The notes: a model not told the origin generated them from the sequence alone. A stretch of DNA of 64,000 bases from an uncultured Gemmatimonadaceae bacterium (GCA_963822945.1 CAWGJO010000026.1:124518-188517); one strand, 5' to 3'; numbered from the stretch's first letter, positions 44,698-55,440 are shown. Made by a program: numbers and translations.

Positions 44698-45495
44698 ATG
44701 GCGGACGAGATCAACTATCGGCTGCTCGGGGACGATCTGCAGGCGGTGATCATCACCCTCGATCAGGGGGAACGGGTGGTGGCCGAGGCGGGCGCCATGA
44801 TGTACATGCAGGACGGCATCGACATGCAGACGACGCTCGATCCGAACGCCGAGGGCGGGAGCATGGTCGGCAAGTTGCTGGGGGGCGCCAAGCGCGCGCT
44901 CGGCGGCGACTCGTTCTTCATGACGACCTTCACCAACCAGGCGCGTCCGCCGCGCGACGTGGCGTTCGCCGCCGTCACGCCGGGCAAGATCCATCCCGTC
45001 GATCTCAAGGACTGGGGCGGCAAGATCATCGCCCAGCGCGATGCCTTTCTGTGCGCGGCGCGGGGCATCCACGTGTCGGTGGCGTTCTCCAAGCGCCTTG
45101 GCGCCGGGTTCTTCGGCGGCGAGGGGTTCATTCTCCAGCGCATCGAGGGCGACGGGCTGGTGTTCCTGCACGCGTCGGGCACGTTGCACGAGATGGAGTT
45201 GTCGGGCGGCGAGAAGGTCCGGGTGGACACCGGGTGCATCGTCGCGTTCGACGAGCGGGTGAACTACGACATCCAGATGGTACCGGGAATCAAGACAGCG
45301 CTGTTCGGGGGAGAAGGGCTGTTCTTCGCCACGCTCACCGGCCCGGGCCGGGTGATTCTGCAGTCGATGCCGTTCTCGCGCCTCGCCGACAAGATCCTCG
45401 CGTCGGCGCCCCGGGCTGGCGGCGCGCACAAGGGAGAGGGCGGCCTGGGCGGAGCCCTCGGCCTCATGGGAGGATTGCTGAACAACAGCGACTAG
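44698..45495 (+). CDS. AIM24/TIGR00266 family protein
   Basis: AEAGAMMYM, AFLCAA, GFFGGEGFILQR, VDTGC, FGGEGLF and GPG.V.LQS motifs; SD GGAGGAGG. Confidence 0.9.
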   Translation: MADEINYRLLGDDLQAVIITLDQGERVVAEAGAMMYMQDGIDMQTTLDPNAEGGSMVGKLLGGAKRALGGDSFFMTTFTNQARPPRDVAFAAVTPGKIHPVDLKDWGGKIIAQRDAFLCAARGIHVSVAFSKRLGAGFFGGEGFILQRIEGDGLVFLHASGTLHEMELSGGEKVRVDTGCIVAFDERVNYDIQMVPGIKTALFGGEGLFFATLTGPGRVILQSMPFSRLADKILASAPRAGGAHKGEGGLGGALGLMGGLLNNSD

Positions 45496-45583
45496 GGGCG
45501 CCGGCCGGCCGCGACGCCGGCTCGCGACCCTCGCGGGGCCGGCGCCGGATCGTGCCGGCGCGCGTCCGCGTTTACCTTTTGGC

Positions 45584-46183
45584 ATGACCCACGTATCGCT
45601 GGCGGAGCCCTTCGATCGGTTCCGTGAACTCTTCGACCAGGCGTGTGCCCTCGACCGCGCCCTCCTGCCCGAGCCCACGGCGTTCGCCCTCGGCACGGCC
45701 GACGCCGACGGGCGGCCCTCCGTCCGCATTCTGCTGCTCAAGCATTTCGACGAGCAGGGGTTCGTGTTCTACACCAATTTCGAGAGCCGCAAGGGCCGCG
45801 AGTTGAAGGCCAATCCCCATGCGGCGCTCTGCTTCCACTGGCAGGCGCTGGAGCGGCAGGTGCGGGTGGAGGGGCCGGCCGTCCCGGTCACCGATGCCGA
45901 AGCCGACGCCTACTTCGCCTCGCGCGAACGGGGGAGCCAGATCGGCGCCTGGGCGTCCACGCAGAGCCGCGAGCAGGCCACCGACGGCCTCCTGGCGGTC
46001 CGCTACGCGGAGTTCGAGAAGAAGTTCGCGGGGCAGCCGGTTCCCCGGCCGGCCTACTGGTCGGGGTTCAGGGTCACCCCTGAGCGCATCGAGTTCTGGC
46101 ACGGGATGCCCAGCCGCCTGCACGATCGCGAATTGTACGTGCGCGAGGGTCACGGCTGGTCGATGCGACCCCTCTTTCCGTAA
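45584..46183 (+). CDS. pdxH: Pyridoxine/pyridoxamine 5'-phosphate oxidase
   Basis: RILLLK, FYTNFESRKG, RQVRVEG, SQIGAWAS.QS, IEFW and RLHDR motifs. Confidence 0.95.
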   Translation: MTHVSLAEPFDRFRELFDQACALDRALLPEPTAFALGTADADGRPSVRILLLKHFDEQGFVFYTNFESRKGRELKANPHAALCFHWQALERQVRVEGPAVPVTDAEADAYFASRERGSQIGAWASTQSREQATDGLLAVRYAEFEKKFAGQPVPRPAYWSGFRVTPERIEFWHGMPSRLHDRELYVREGHGWSMRPLFP

Positions 46184-46235
46184 CGCGACCGCCGCCTCCG
46201 TGGCACGCGGCACCCTGAGGTTGTAAGATTCCGCC

Positions 46236-48212
46236 ATGGGGACACACACTGCGGATGCGGCTGCGGCCGCCGCGACGGATGTGGCGCCGGTCGCGACCGG
46301 CTGGAACATCGAAGCCGCCCGTCAGCTCTACAACATCGAGGGCTGGGGCGCCGGGTTCTTCGACATCAACGCCAAGGGACACGTCGTGGTGCGTCCCGAC
46401 AGGAGTCACCCCGAGCAGGAACTCGATCTGTTCGAGCTGGAGCTCGACCTCGAAGAGCAGGGGGTGGCGCTCCCCGTGCTGCTCCGCTTCTCCGACATCC
46501 TCCGGTCGCGCATCGACGCGCTGACCGGGCACTTCGAGGCGGCACGCGCCGAATTCGGCTACGACGGTGGCTACACCACCGTCTACCCGATCAAGGTCAA
46601 TCAGCAGCGCCACGTGGTGGAGGAGATCGTCCAGTTCGGCGCCGCCCATGGGGTGGGGCTGGAGTGCGGGAGCAAGCCCGAGCTGCAGGCCGTCCTCGGC
46701 CTCGCCGAGCACACCGATCACGTGATCGTGTGCAACGGCTACAAGGACGAGGAGTTCATGCGCCTCGCCCTCATGGGGCAGAAGCTCGGGCATCAGGTCT
46801 TCATCGTCATCGAGCAGCTCAGCGAGATCGACGTGCTGCTGCAGGTGGCCGACGAGATGGAGGTGACGCCGACCGCCGGGGTGCGCATCAAGCTGGCGTC
46901 GCGCGGCTTTGGACGGTGGGCCGAGAGCGGCGGCGAGAAGTCGAAGTTCGGCCTCCAGTCGGCGCAGCTCGTGCAGGCCGTGGAGAAGCTGCGGGCGCTC
47001 GGCCGGCTCGACATCCTGCGGCTCATCCACTTTCACCTCGGCTCCCAGATCACCGACATCCGGTTCATCAAGTCGGGGCTGCAGGAGATCGCGCGCTTCT
47101 ACGTCGAGCTGCGCAAGATGGGCGTGAACATCACGCATCTCGACGTGGGCGGCGGTCTCGGCGTGGATTACGACGGCACCAACTCCACCTCCGACGCGAG
47201 CGTGAACTACTCGCTGCAGGAATACGCCAACGACGTGATGTACACGCTGGGCGAGGCCTGCCGGGAGCACGAGCAGCCGATGCCCCACCTGATCAGCGAG
47301 TCGGGCCGCGCGCTCACCGCCCACCACGCGCTGCTGCTGCTCAAGGTGATCGACGTGGAGTCGGTGGCCGAACAGCCGCTGCCCGCACTCACCGACGACG
47401 ACCACCCGCTGCTCCATGAGATGGTGGCCGATCATCGGGACGTCTCACGCAAGAACGTGTCGCGGCGCCGCGTGAAGGAGGTCTTCCACGACGCCACCTT
47501 CGACAAGGACCGCGCTCACGAGTTCTTCAACTCGGGCGTGCTGTCGCTGCGCGAGCGCGCGCTGGCCGAGCAGATCTACTTCTCGACCATCAACGTGATC
47601 GCCCGCCTGTGCCGGCAGCACCGCGACGCGTACGACGACATCATCGCCGATCTCGAAGCCAATCTCGTGGACCGGTACTTCTGCAACTTCTCGCTCTTCC
47701 AGTCGCTGCCGGACAGCTGGGCCATCGACCAGCTCTTCCCCATCATGCCGGTCCACCGGCTCGATGAAGAGCCCACGCGGCGGGGTACGATCCAGGACGT
47801 GACCTGCGACTCGGACGGGAAGATCGACCGGTTCGTGGGTGAGAAGAACGGAGCCCCGAGTCTGGAACTGCACGAGTTCCACGACGGGGAGCCGTACGTG
47901 CTCGGCGTGTTTCTCACCGGCGCCTATCAGGAAATCCTGGGCGACCTGCACAACCTGTTCGGCGACACGAATGCCGTGCATATCCGCCTGGGGCCCAACG
48001 GCGGCTACGAGGTGAGCGACCTCGTGCACGGCGACACGGTGACGGAGGTGCTCGACTACGTGCAGTTCCGCGCCTCCGATCTGCTGCAGGTGTTCCGGCG
48101 CAAGGTGTCGGGCGCCAAGTACCTCACGCGACAGGAGGCGAACACCTTCATCGCGGACTACGTGGCGGGGCTCGAAGGGTATACGTACCTGGAGGGCGAG
48201 GCAGCGCAGTGA
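46236..48212 (+). CDS. speA: Biosynthetic arginine decarboxylase
   Basis: YPIKVNQ, GSKPEL, CNGYKD, HFHLGSQ, DVGGGLG, ESGR, TCDSDG and GAYQEILGDLHNLFG motifs. Confidence 0.97.
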   Translation: MGTHTADAAAAAATDVAPVATGWNIEAARQLYNIEGWGAGFFDINAKGHVVVRPDRSHPEQELDLFELELDLEEQGVALPVLLRFSDILRSRIDALTGHFEAARAEFGYDGGYTTVYPIKVNQQRHVVEEIVQFGAAHGVGLECGSKPELQAVLGLAEHTDHVIVCNGYKDEEFMRLALMGQKLGHQVFIVIEQLSEIDVLLQVADEMEVTPTAGVRIKLASRGFGRWAESGGEKSKFGLQSAQLVQAVEKLRALGRLDILRLIHFHLGSQITDIRFIKSGLQEIARFYVELRKMGVNITHLDVGGGLGVDYDGTNSTSDASVNYSLQEYANDVMYTLGEACREHEQPMPHLISESGRALTAHHALLLLKVIDVESVAEQPLPALTDDDHPLLHEMVADHRDVSRKNVSRRRVKEVFHDATFDKDRAHEFFNSGVLSLRERALAEQIYFSTINVIARLCRQHRDAYDDIIADLEANLVDRYFCNFSLFQSLPDSWAIDQLFPIMPVHRLDEEPTRRGTIQDVTCDSDGKIDRFVGEKNGAPSLELHEFHDGEPYVLGVFLTGAYQEILGDLHNLFGDTNAVHIRLGPNGGYEVSDLVHGDTVTEVLDYVQFRASDLLQVFRRKVSGAKYLTRQEANTFIADYVAGLEGYTYLEGEAAQ

Positions 48213-49468
48213 CGCTGCCTCACGCGCTGCTGCTCGCGGCGTCGGGCGGGGGGGAGGCGCAGACCGCCCACCTCGTCGCGGCGCTCGCCGCGATCTTCGT
48301 CGCCACCAAGGCGCTGGGCGAGATCGCGCAGCGCTTCGGCCAGCCCGCCGTCCTCGGCGAACTGATCGCCGGCATTCTGCTCGGCGGCTCGGTGCTCGGC
48401 ATCGTAGACGCGTCGAACCCCGTGATCAGCGCGATGGCCGAGATCGGCGTCGTGGTGCTGCTGTTCGAGATCGGTCTCGAAACCGACGTGCGGAATCTGA
48501 TCAAGGTGGGCGGCGTGGCGACCACCGTGGCAATGGCCGGTGTCGTGATGCCGCTGGGGGCCGGGTACATCGGGACGGAATTGTTGGGGCTGAGCCGCGT
48601 GCCGGCCCTCGTCTGCGGGGCGGCCCTCTGCGCCACCTCGGTGGGCATCTCGGCTCGCGTGCTCTCCGAACTGGGGATGCTCGAGACCACGGAAGGGCGC
48701 GTCGTGCTCGGAGCCGCCGTCATCGACGACATCATCGGTCTCGTGATCCTCGCCGTGGTCGCCGGGATCGTGGAGGGGGGCAGCGTGTCGGTGTCCCACG
48801 TCGGACGGATCACCGGCGTGGCCGTTCTCTTCGTCGTGCTCGCCGTGGTGATCGGGGGGCGCGTGGCGCCGCCGGTGTTCCGCGTCGCCGAGAAGATCCG
48901 GGCGTCGGGAACCCTCGGGCTCGTGGGCATCGCGTTCGCGTTCATGCTCGCCTGGCTGGCGCATCTGGCCGGTTCGGCGATGATCATCGGCGCCTTCGCC
49001 GCCGGCGTGGTGCTCCATGACCTCCCGCAGGCGGGCGAACTCCGCGAGTCCACGACGCGAACGGGGCACTTCTTCGTGCCGATCTTCTTTGCGAGCGTCG
49101 GCGCCGCCGTCAATCTGTCCGCGATGTTCACCGAGCGCGCCATGGAAGTGGGCGTCGTCCTCATCGTCGTGGGCATCGCCGGCAAGGTGCTGGCGGGTTA
49201 CGTCCCCTGGTGGTTCCGGGGCGACAAGCTGCTGGTCGGCGTGGCCATGGTGCCTCGCGGCGAGGTCGGACTTATCTTCGCCCACATGGGACTCGCCAGC
49301 GGCGGCATCGACGACGGACTGTTCGGCGCCATCATGCTGATGGTGCTCGTTACCACGCTCGTCACCCCGCCGGTACTGGGGAGGCGGGCGGCGTTTCGCG
49401 ACCGCCTGCGCGACACGGATGAGCACGGCATCGACGATCTGGTGGCCGGTCCCAACCGAACGAAATAA
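48209..49468 (+). CDS. Cation:proton antiporter (CPA2, NapA/Kef-like)
   Basis: GELIAGILLG, LLFEIGLE, ATSVGI, AAVIDD, FVPIFF and MVPRGEV motifs; GTGA overlap with speA. Confidence 0.92.
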   Translation: MTLPHALLLAASGGGEAQTAHLVAALAAIFVATKALGEIAQRFGQPAVLGELIAGILLGGSVLGIVDASNPVISAMAEIGVVVLLFEIGLETDVRNLIKVGGVATTVAMAGVVMPLGAGYIGTELLGLSRVPALVCGAALCATSVGISARVLSELGMLETTEGRVVLGAAVIDDIIGLVILAVVAGIVEGGSVSVSHVGRITGVAVLFVVLAVVIGGRVAPPVFRVAEKIRASGTLGLVGIAFAFMLAWLAHLAGSAMIIGAFAAGVVLHDLPQAGELRESTTRTGHFFVPIFFASVGAAVNLSAMFTERAMEVGVVLIVVGIAGKVLAGYVPWWFRGDKLLVGVAMVPRGEVGLIFAHMGLASGGIDDGLFGAIMLMVLVTTLVTPPVLGRRAAFRDRLRDTDEHGIDDLVAGPNRTK

Positions 49469-49499
49469 GCGCGCCGCCGCGGATTCCGCGGCGGCGCGC
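49469..49499. terminator. Hairpin between the convergent antiporter and sod genes
   Basis: GCGCGCCGCCGCGG-ATT-CCGCGGCGGCGCGC. Confidence 0.6.
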
Positions 49500-49522
49500 C
49501 CGTGTCGATCGAGGAGAAACGC

Positions 49523-50119
49523 CTACATCCGGGCCGCGATCGCGTCCCAGTTCACCACGTTCCACCAGGCCTTGATGTAGTCGGCCCGGCGGTTCTGGTA
49601 GTTCAGATAGTAGGCGTGCTCCCACACGTCCAGGCCCATGATGGCGTGCTTGCCTTCCATGGCCGGGTTGTCCTGATTCGGCGTGCTCATGATGGCGAGC
49701 TTGCCGCCGTCGTTCACCACCCAGGCCCAGCCGGAGCCGAAGCGCCCGGTGGCCGCGGCGGCGAACTGCTGCTGGAAGGTGGCGAAGTCGCCGAACGCCT
49801 TCTTGATGGCGTCGGCCAGCTTGCCGCTGGGCTCACCGCCCCCCTTGGGGCTCATGATCTCCCAGAACATCGAGTGGTTCCAGTGTCCCCCGCCGTTGTT
49901 GCGCACGGCGGTACGGATGGCATCCGGTACGGCGTTGAGATCCTTGAGCAGGGCGTCCAGCGATTTCCCGGCCAGGTTGGGCGCCTTCTCGATGGCCGCA
50001 TTCAGGTTGTTGACGTATCCGCCGTGGTGCTTGTCGTGATGGATCTCCATCGTGCGCGCGTCGATGTGCGGCTCGAGGGCGTTGGCGGCGTACGGAAGCG
50101 CGGGAAGCGTAAAAGCCAT
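49523..50119 (-). CDS. sodA: Superoxide dismutase, Mn-type signature
   Basis: [29 protein letters not shown] and DVWEHAYY motifs; SD AAGGAG. Confidence 0.93.
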   Translation of the reverse strand: MAFTLPALPYAANALEPHIDARTMEIHHDKHHGGYVNNLNAAIEKAPNLAGKSLDALLKDLNAVPDAIRTAVRNNGGGHWNHSMFWEIMSPKGGGEPSGKLADAIKKAFGDFATFQQQFAAAATGRFGSGWAWVVNDGGKLAIMSTPNQDNPAMEGKHAIMGLDVWEHAYYLNYQNRRADYIKAWWNVVNWDAIAARM

Positions 50120-50136
50120 ATCGGTCTCCTTGGACG

Positions 50137-50784
50137 TCAGGCGTCCGGTGCAATGTCCGGAGGGGGCACTCGCCGGCGCGCGCGCATCCAGGCGACGGCG
50201 CCGGGCACGAGTGACAGCGCGATGACTGCCATGATCACCACGTCGATGTGGCGGTCGATACCCGGAATGTAACGACCCAGGAAATAGCCGATGAAGAGCA
50301 TGCCCCAGATCCACGCCAACCCGCCGACGACGTTGAAGAACGTGTAGCGGCGCGGATTCATGTTCGCGACGCCCGCCACCACGGGTACGAAGGTGCGCAC
50401 GATCGGCATGAAGCGCGCGATGAGCACCGTCGCCCCGCCGTGCCGTTCGTAGAACTCATGCGCCCGGATCAGGTGCTTGCGCTTGAAGAGCAGGGAGTCG
50501 GGGCGCGCATACAGCGCGATGCCGGTCACCTTGCCGATGTAGTAGCCCGACGTGTTGCCGGCGATCGACGCGATGGACAGCAGGAGCCCCAGCAGATAGA
50601 CGTCGAACTGTCCGAGCGCGGCGAACAGCCCGGCGGTGACGATGAGGGAATCGCCCGGCAGGAAGAATCCCACCAGCAGGCCCGTCTCGGCGAAGATCAC
50701 CGCGGTGAGCCCGACGTACCCGCCCCACGTGATCAGTTCGCGGACGTTGGTCAGGCGATGGAAGAGATCGAGGAGCTCGTGCAT
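50137..50784 (-). CDS. dedA: DedA/VTT family membrane protein
   Basis: [17 protein letters not shown] and [12 protein letters not shown] motifs. Confidence 0.9.
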   Translation of the reverse strand: MHELLDLFHRLTNVRELITWGGYVGLTAVIFAETGLLVGFFLPGDSLIVTAGLFAALGQFDVYLLGLLLSIASIAGNTSGYYIGKVTGIALYARPDSLLFKRKHLIRAHEFYERHGGATVLIARFMPIVRTFVPVVAGVANMNPRRYTFFNVVGGLAWIWGMLFIGYFLGRYIPGIDRHIDVVIMAVIALSLVPGAVAWMRARRRVPPPDIAPDA

Positions 50785-50907
50785 GAAGTCCCTGGTGATG
50801 GTCGTCCTGCGAACCTCTGAACTTCGACGGTTCCACGCGCCGGGTCAACGGGCCGGACGCGGTCGCTTGCCGGTGGGCCGGGCGCGGAGCCAACTTCGCT
50901 GCAGATT

Positions 50908-50942
50908 GCTGACCGCTGACCGCTGACTGCTGACTGCCGACC
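50908..50942. repeat. Heptamer tandem repeat (GCTGACY x4 plus GCCGACC)
   Basis: GCTGACC GCTGACC GCTGACT GCTGACT GCCGACC, ending 2 nt before the GH38 GTG. Confidence 0.85.
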
Positions 50943-50944
50943 GC

Positions 50945-53563
50945 GTGCTCACACTTTACGTCGTCTCTCATACCCACTGGGATCGGGAGTGGTACCACAC
51001 CGCCGGTCGCTTCCAACAGCGGCTGGCGGGGCTCATGGACGAGATCCTCGACGATCCGCCCCCCGGCGGCACGAGCTTCCTGCTCGATGGCCAGACGGTG
51101 GTGCTCAGCGACTATCTGGCGATTCACCCTGAGCGGGCGTTCGAACTCTCGACGCAGCTTCGGAAGGGCGCCCTGGAGGCCGGCCCCTGGTTCGTGCTGG
51201 CGGACGAGTTGATCCCCGGTGGCGAGGCGCTCGTGCGCAATCTCTTCATGGGCCGCCGGACGCTGCACGCCCTCGGGGTGGAGGCGCCGCCCGTGCTCTA
51301 CTGTCCCGACAGCTTCGGCCACCCGGCGGCGCTCCCCGCGTTGGCGCGCGGGTTCGGATTCGAAACGGTCGTCGCATGGCGCGGCTACGGCGGGCGCCGG
51401 TGGCCGGCGGGCGATGCCTGCTGGTGGGCCGCGCCCTCGGGCGAGCGCGTCCTGCTGTATCACCTGTCGCCAAGTGGATACGAACTTGGTGCCAACTTGC
51501 CGGCCGACCCCGCCGCCGCCGCGGATCGCTGGCCCGAGATCCGCGACCAACTCGTGCCACGTGCTGGCCTACCCGTCGCCCTGCTGCTCAACGGCGCCGA
51601 CCACCATGCGCGCCAACGGAATCTGGCCGCGGCGGTCGAGGCGCTCGCAGCGGCGGCGCAGCCGGTGGCCGTACGCCGGAGTTCGTTGCGCGAGTTCGTC
51701 ACCCATGCGGTGGCGGCGGCGCCGAACGTCGAGTTGCCGGAGATCGCCGGCGAATTGCGCGACTCGTACGGGTATACGTGGACGCTGCAGGGCACCTTCG
51801 GCACGCGGGCGGCGCAGAAGCGGCGCAACGGTCGCGCGGAGCGATTGCTCGTGCGCGAGGTCGAACCGTGGGCGGCGCTCGCGGCCCGGCGCTCCGGTCG
51901 TTCCGCTCGCGGGCCGCTCGACGCGGCGTGGCGTACGCTGCTGCTCGCTCACCCGCACGACACACTCTGCGGCTGCTCCATCGACACCGTGGCCCGGGCC
52001 TTCGACGCACGGATGGACGAGGCCGAGGCGGAGGGGCGCGGGTTGCAGGACGACGCGGTGGCCGCGCTCCTTGGCCACGATGCCGAGCGCGCGCGATTGT
52101 CGCGCGACGCATGGCGCCCGCACGTCATCGTGAGGAACGCGGCGCCGCGGGCGCGCGGCGGTGTGGCCATCGTTCGCCTCTCGCGTTTCCTGGCGGATGT
52201 GCGCGTGGGACCCGGGTCGGGACGATCAGCTGCCGTGCCGCCGGGACGTCCCGGGCCGGCGCGCGTGCGCGGCGCTGACGCGCTGCAGATTCTGAGCCGG
52301 GCCACCGTCCACGAGCGCACCGAATCGCCGCGGGCCTACCCGGACGACGATCTGGTGGAGGAAGCCGAGGCGGCCATCTGGGTCGCCGAACTTCCCGGCT
52401 TCGGAGTTCGCGCCCTTCCGCTCGAACGGGGCGGAAGCGCGCGCGGTGCCGTGCCGAATCCGGTGCGGGTCGCCGGGCGTTCGATGGCGAATGGCCGCCT
52501 GCGTGTGGAGGTGGCGCCTGACGGCGCCGTGACGCTGCGCGATGAGGCGAGCAGTCGGGTCATCGCCGATCTGGTGGGATTCGAGGATCAGGACGACGCC
52601 GGTGATCTCTACACTCCGTCGCTCCGCGGCGCGCTGCGATCGGCGCGCTTTCCCGGCGCCCGTGTCGAACATCGCGGGCCGTTGCGGGCCACGATCGAGA
52701 CGCGGTGGCGGATCGCGGTGCGGCGTGGGCAGTCGGTCTCCGCTCGCGTCCGGTTCTCGCTCGATGCCGATGCATCCGTGCTGCGGATCGCCGTGTCGGG
52801 AGAGAACGGGGCCGACGACCATCGTCTGCGATTGCGTATACGCACCGGTATCTCCGATCCGGTGGTGCATGCCGACGCGATGTTCGGCCCCGTCGAGCGG
52901 GTTCCGGTGACCATCGCGCCCGAAGACGCGGCGTTGGAGCGGGCGCTCCCGACGGCGCCGCTGCATCGGTACGTCACGCTGTCGGACTCGGCGCGCGGAG
53001 TGACCGTGATCTCCGACGGGCTCGCCGAGTACGAGGCCGATGTGGACGGCACCGTGCACGTCACGCTCGTTCGCGCCGTCGGCGAGTTGTCGCGCAACGA
53101 TTTGCCGGAACGGCCGGGGCATGCCGGATGGCCGTCGCCCACGCCGCAGGCGCAGTGTCGCGGGCCCTTCACCGCGGAGTTCGCGGTGCTCATGCATGGG
53201 CCGCGGGGGAGCGAGACGTCGGAGCTGGTGGAGCGAACGGCGGAGGACGTCCTCGTGCCGGTTACGGGCGAGACGCTGCGCTCGATGATCGTGACGCCCC
53301 CCGAATCGCCGAGCCTCGAACTCCATGGTCGCGGGCTGGTCTTCTCGGCGGTCAAGGAGAGCGAGGACGGTGAATGGACCGTACTCCGCTGCGTGAACGT
53401 GTTCGATCGTGCCGTCCGCGGAGGTTGGACGCTCGGGGGCGGCATTCGCGAGGCACGGGCGTCGCGACTGGACGAGACGCCGGCCGATGCACTCCCCGTG
53501 GCGGATGGTTCGGTCGAGTTCGAGGCGCCGCCGCGCGGGATCGTCACGGTGCTGGTGCGCTGA
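50945..53563 (+). CDS. Glycoside hydrolase family 38 (alpha-mannosidase / MngB-like), cytoplasmic
   Basis: SHTHWDREW, FLLDGQ, AGPWFVLADE, PDSFGH, NGADH, HDTLCGCSID and D.GDLY motifs; no signal peptide. Confidence 0.9.
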   Translation: MLTLYVVSHTHWDREWYHTAGRFQQRLAGLMDEILDDPPPGGTSFLLDGQTVVLSDYLAIHPERAFELSTQLRKGALEAGPWFVLADELIPGGEALVRNLFMGRRTLHALGVEAPPVLYCPDSFGHPAALPALARGFGFETVVAWRGYGGRRWPAGDACWWAAPSGERVLLYHLSPSGYELGANLPADPAAAADRWPEIRDQLVPRAGLPVALLLNGADHHARQRNLAAAVEALAAAAQPVAVRRSSLREFVTHAVAAAPNVELPEIAGELRDSYGYTWTLQGTFGTRAAQKRRNGRAERLLVREVEPWAALAARRSGRSARGPLDAAWRTLLLAHPHDTLCGCSIDTVARAFDARMDEAEAEGRGLQDDAVAALLGHDAERARLSRDAWRPHVIVRNAAPRARGGVAIVRLSRFLADVRVGPGSGRSAAVPPGRPGPARVRGADALQILSRATVHERTESPRAYPDDDLVEEAEAAIWVAELPGFGVRALPLERGGSARGAVPNPVRVAGRSMANGRLRVEVAPDGAVTLRDEASSRVIADLVGFEDQDDAGDLYTPSLRGALRSARFPGARVEHRGPLRATIETRWRIAVRRGQSVSARVRFSLDADASVLRIAVSGENGADDHRLRLRIRTGISDPVVHADAMFGPVERVPVTIAPEDAALERALPTAPLHRYVTLSDSARGVTVISDGLAEYEADVDGTVHVTLVRAVGELSRNDLPERPGHAGWPSPTPQAQCRGPFTAEFAVLMHGPRGSETSELVERTAEDVLVPVTGETLRSMIVTPPESPSLELHGRGLVFSAVKESEDGEWTVLRCVNVFDRAVRGGWTLGGGIREARASRLDETPADALPVADGSVEFEAPPRGIVTVLVR

Positions 53564-53566
53564 CTG

Positions 53567-54445
53567 CTACGCCCGGTCCCCCAGCAGTCCGGCGGCCTCT
53601 CCCGACATCCGGTCGCGCAGCCAATCGCCGAGCAGGGTGCACGCGAGCACGGTCACGATCAATGCGATCCCGGGCGCCAGCGCGATCCACGGCGCGGTGA
53701 CGATCGCGTCGCGGCCCCCCGCGATCATGTTTCCCCAACTCGGTGACGGGGGCTGCACGCCGAGTCCGAGAAAGGAGAGGCCGGCCTCCAGCAGAATCGC
53801 GTTGCCCACCCCGAGCGCCGTGGCAACGATGGCCGGACCGAGCGCGTTCGGCACCGCGTGCCGCCAGAGCACGCGGCCGCTGCGCGCACCGAGCGAGATG
53901 GCGGCGTCCACGTAGGGCTGCGCACGCACGCCGAGCACCTCGGCACGGATCATTCGCGCCACGCCCATCCATCCAGTGGCGATGAGCACGATGACCACGG
54001 TGCCCAGTCCCGGCTGCCAGAGCGCCGCGCAGACCAGCAGCAGCACCAGCCGCGGAATCGAGAGCATCGCATCCGTCGCGGCCATCAGCAGCCGGTCGGT
54101 GATCCCACCACTCCACGCTGCGACGGCGCCGACGGCGGTGCCGAGCGCCGCCGCCGCCACCGAGCCGACGACGCCGACCATGAGCGAGATGCGGCCGGCC
54201 AGCATCATCCGCACGAACAGGTCGCGCCCGAACCGGTCGGTGCCCAGCAGATGCAGGGTGCCCGATCCGTCGCGCGCGAGCGGGGGCAGGTATCGCAGCG
54301 CCAGCACGTCGCCGATGGCCAGCGGATTCTGGCCCGACAGCATCGGGACGACGATCACGCCCACGGCCATCGCCACGAGCAACACCACGGCGGCGGCAGC
54401 GAGGGGATCGCGCCGTGCGGCGCCGGCGCGCACGGGGGAGCTCAT
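53567..54445 (-). CDS. ABC transporter permease (OppC/DppC family)
   Basis: HLLGTDRFGRD, YVDAAISLGA, EAGLSFLGLG and PSWGNMI motifs. Confidence 0.92.
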   Translation of the reverse strand: MSSPVRAGAARRDPLAAAAVVLLVAMAVGVIVVPMLSGQNPLAIGDVLALRYLPPLARDGSGTLHLLGTDRFGRDLFVRMMLAGRISLMVGVVGSVAAAALGTAVGAVAAWSGGITDRLLMAATDAMLSIPRLVLLLVCAALWQPGLGTVVIVLIATGWMGVARMIRAEVLGVRAQPYVDAAISLGARSGRVLWRHAVPNALGPAIVATALGVGNAILLEAGLSFLGLGVQPPSPSWGNMIAGGRDAIVTAPWIALAPGIALIVTVLACTLLGDWLRDRMSGEAAGLLGDRA

Positions 54446-55431
54446 GTCGCCGTCCGGCGCGGATCGAGCAGCGGGAGCACGAGATCGGCGGCCAGGTTGG
54501 CCGCGATCACGGCGCCCGCGTAGAGCATCGCGCTCGCCATCACGACGGGGTAGTCGCGCGCGGCGATGGCGTTGAGCATCGTGCGCCCCATTCCGGGCCA
54601 CGCGAACACCGCCTCCACGAAGATCGAACCCGCCACGAGGCCGGGCAGCGCCAACGCCAGCAGCACGACGAGTGGCGGCAGGACGTTGGCCAGCACGTGG
54701 CGCAGGTACACGCGCACCGGCGCCACCCCCTTGGCGCGCGCGGTCCGCACGAAGTCCTGCCGCGCCACGTCGGCCACGCTGCTGCGCGTGTAGCGCGCGA
54801 TCCCCGCGGCGCCGATGGCGGCGAGAATCGTCACCGGCAGCACGGCATGCCGGAGAACGTCACGCAGCGATTCCCATCCCGACAGCATCGCACCGGGGGT
54901 GTGAAGCCCGAACGCCGGCAACCGCAGCCAGGTGGGCAGCCCCATCATGCTCGCGCCGTAGGTGAACACGGCCACCAGCGCCAGCGCGAGCCAGAACGAC
55001 GGCATGGCGAACACCGTCGTCGTGACCACGGTCAGCGTACGGTCCCAGCCCGTGCCCCGTCGCGCCCCCTGCAGCATGCCGATGGGGACGCCGATCAGGA
55101 AGGTGAGCGCCAGCGACGCCAGGCCGAGCCCGAACGAGATCGGGGCGGCGCGGGCCAGCACCCGCGTCACGGGTTCGTGCGTGGCGAAGCTCTCGCCCAG
55201 ATTCCCCGTGAGCGCGGCCTCCAGCCAGCGTGCATATTGCACCGGGTACGAGGCGTCGAGGCCGAACTCGTGCCGCAGCCGGGCCGCCGCGGCCGGCGGC
55301 GCATCCGGCGGCACCAGCATGGTCGCCGGGTCGCCCGGGGCGAGCCGGACGAGCACGAACGTGAGACTCACGACGAGCCAGTAGAGAACGATGGCGTCGC
55401 GCAGGCGACGCGCCACGGGGAGGGCGGACAC
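54442..55431 (-). CDS. ABC transporter permease (OppB/DppB family)
   Basis: LAPGDP, QY.RWL, DFVRTARAKG, VEAVFAWPGMG, RDYP and LDPR motifs. Confidence 0.92.
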   Translation of the reverse strand: MSALPVARRLRDAIVLYWLVVSLTFVLVRLAPGDPATMLVPPDAPPAAAARLRHEFGLDASYPVQYARWLEAALTGNLGESFATHEPVTRVLARAAPISFGLGLASLALTFLIGVPIGMLQGARRGTGWDRTLTVVTTTVFAMPSFWLALALVAVFTYGASMMGLPTWLRLPAFGLHTPGAMLSGWESLRDVLRHAVLPVTILAAIGAAGIARYTRSSVADVARQDFVRTARAKGVAPVRVYLRHVLANVLPPLVVLLALALPGLVAGSIFVEAVFAWPGMGRTMLNAIAARDYPVVMASAMLYAGAVIAANLAADLVLPLLDPRRTAT

Positions 55432-55440
55432 GCGTTGATA

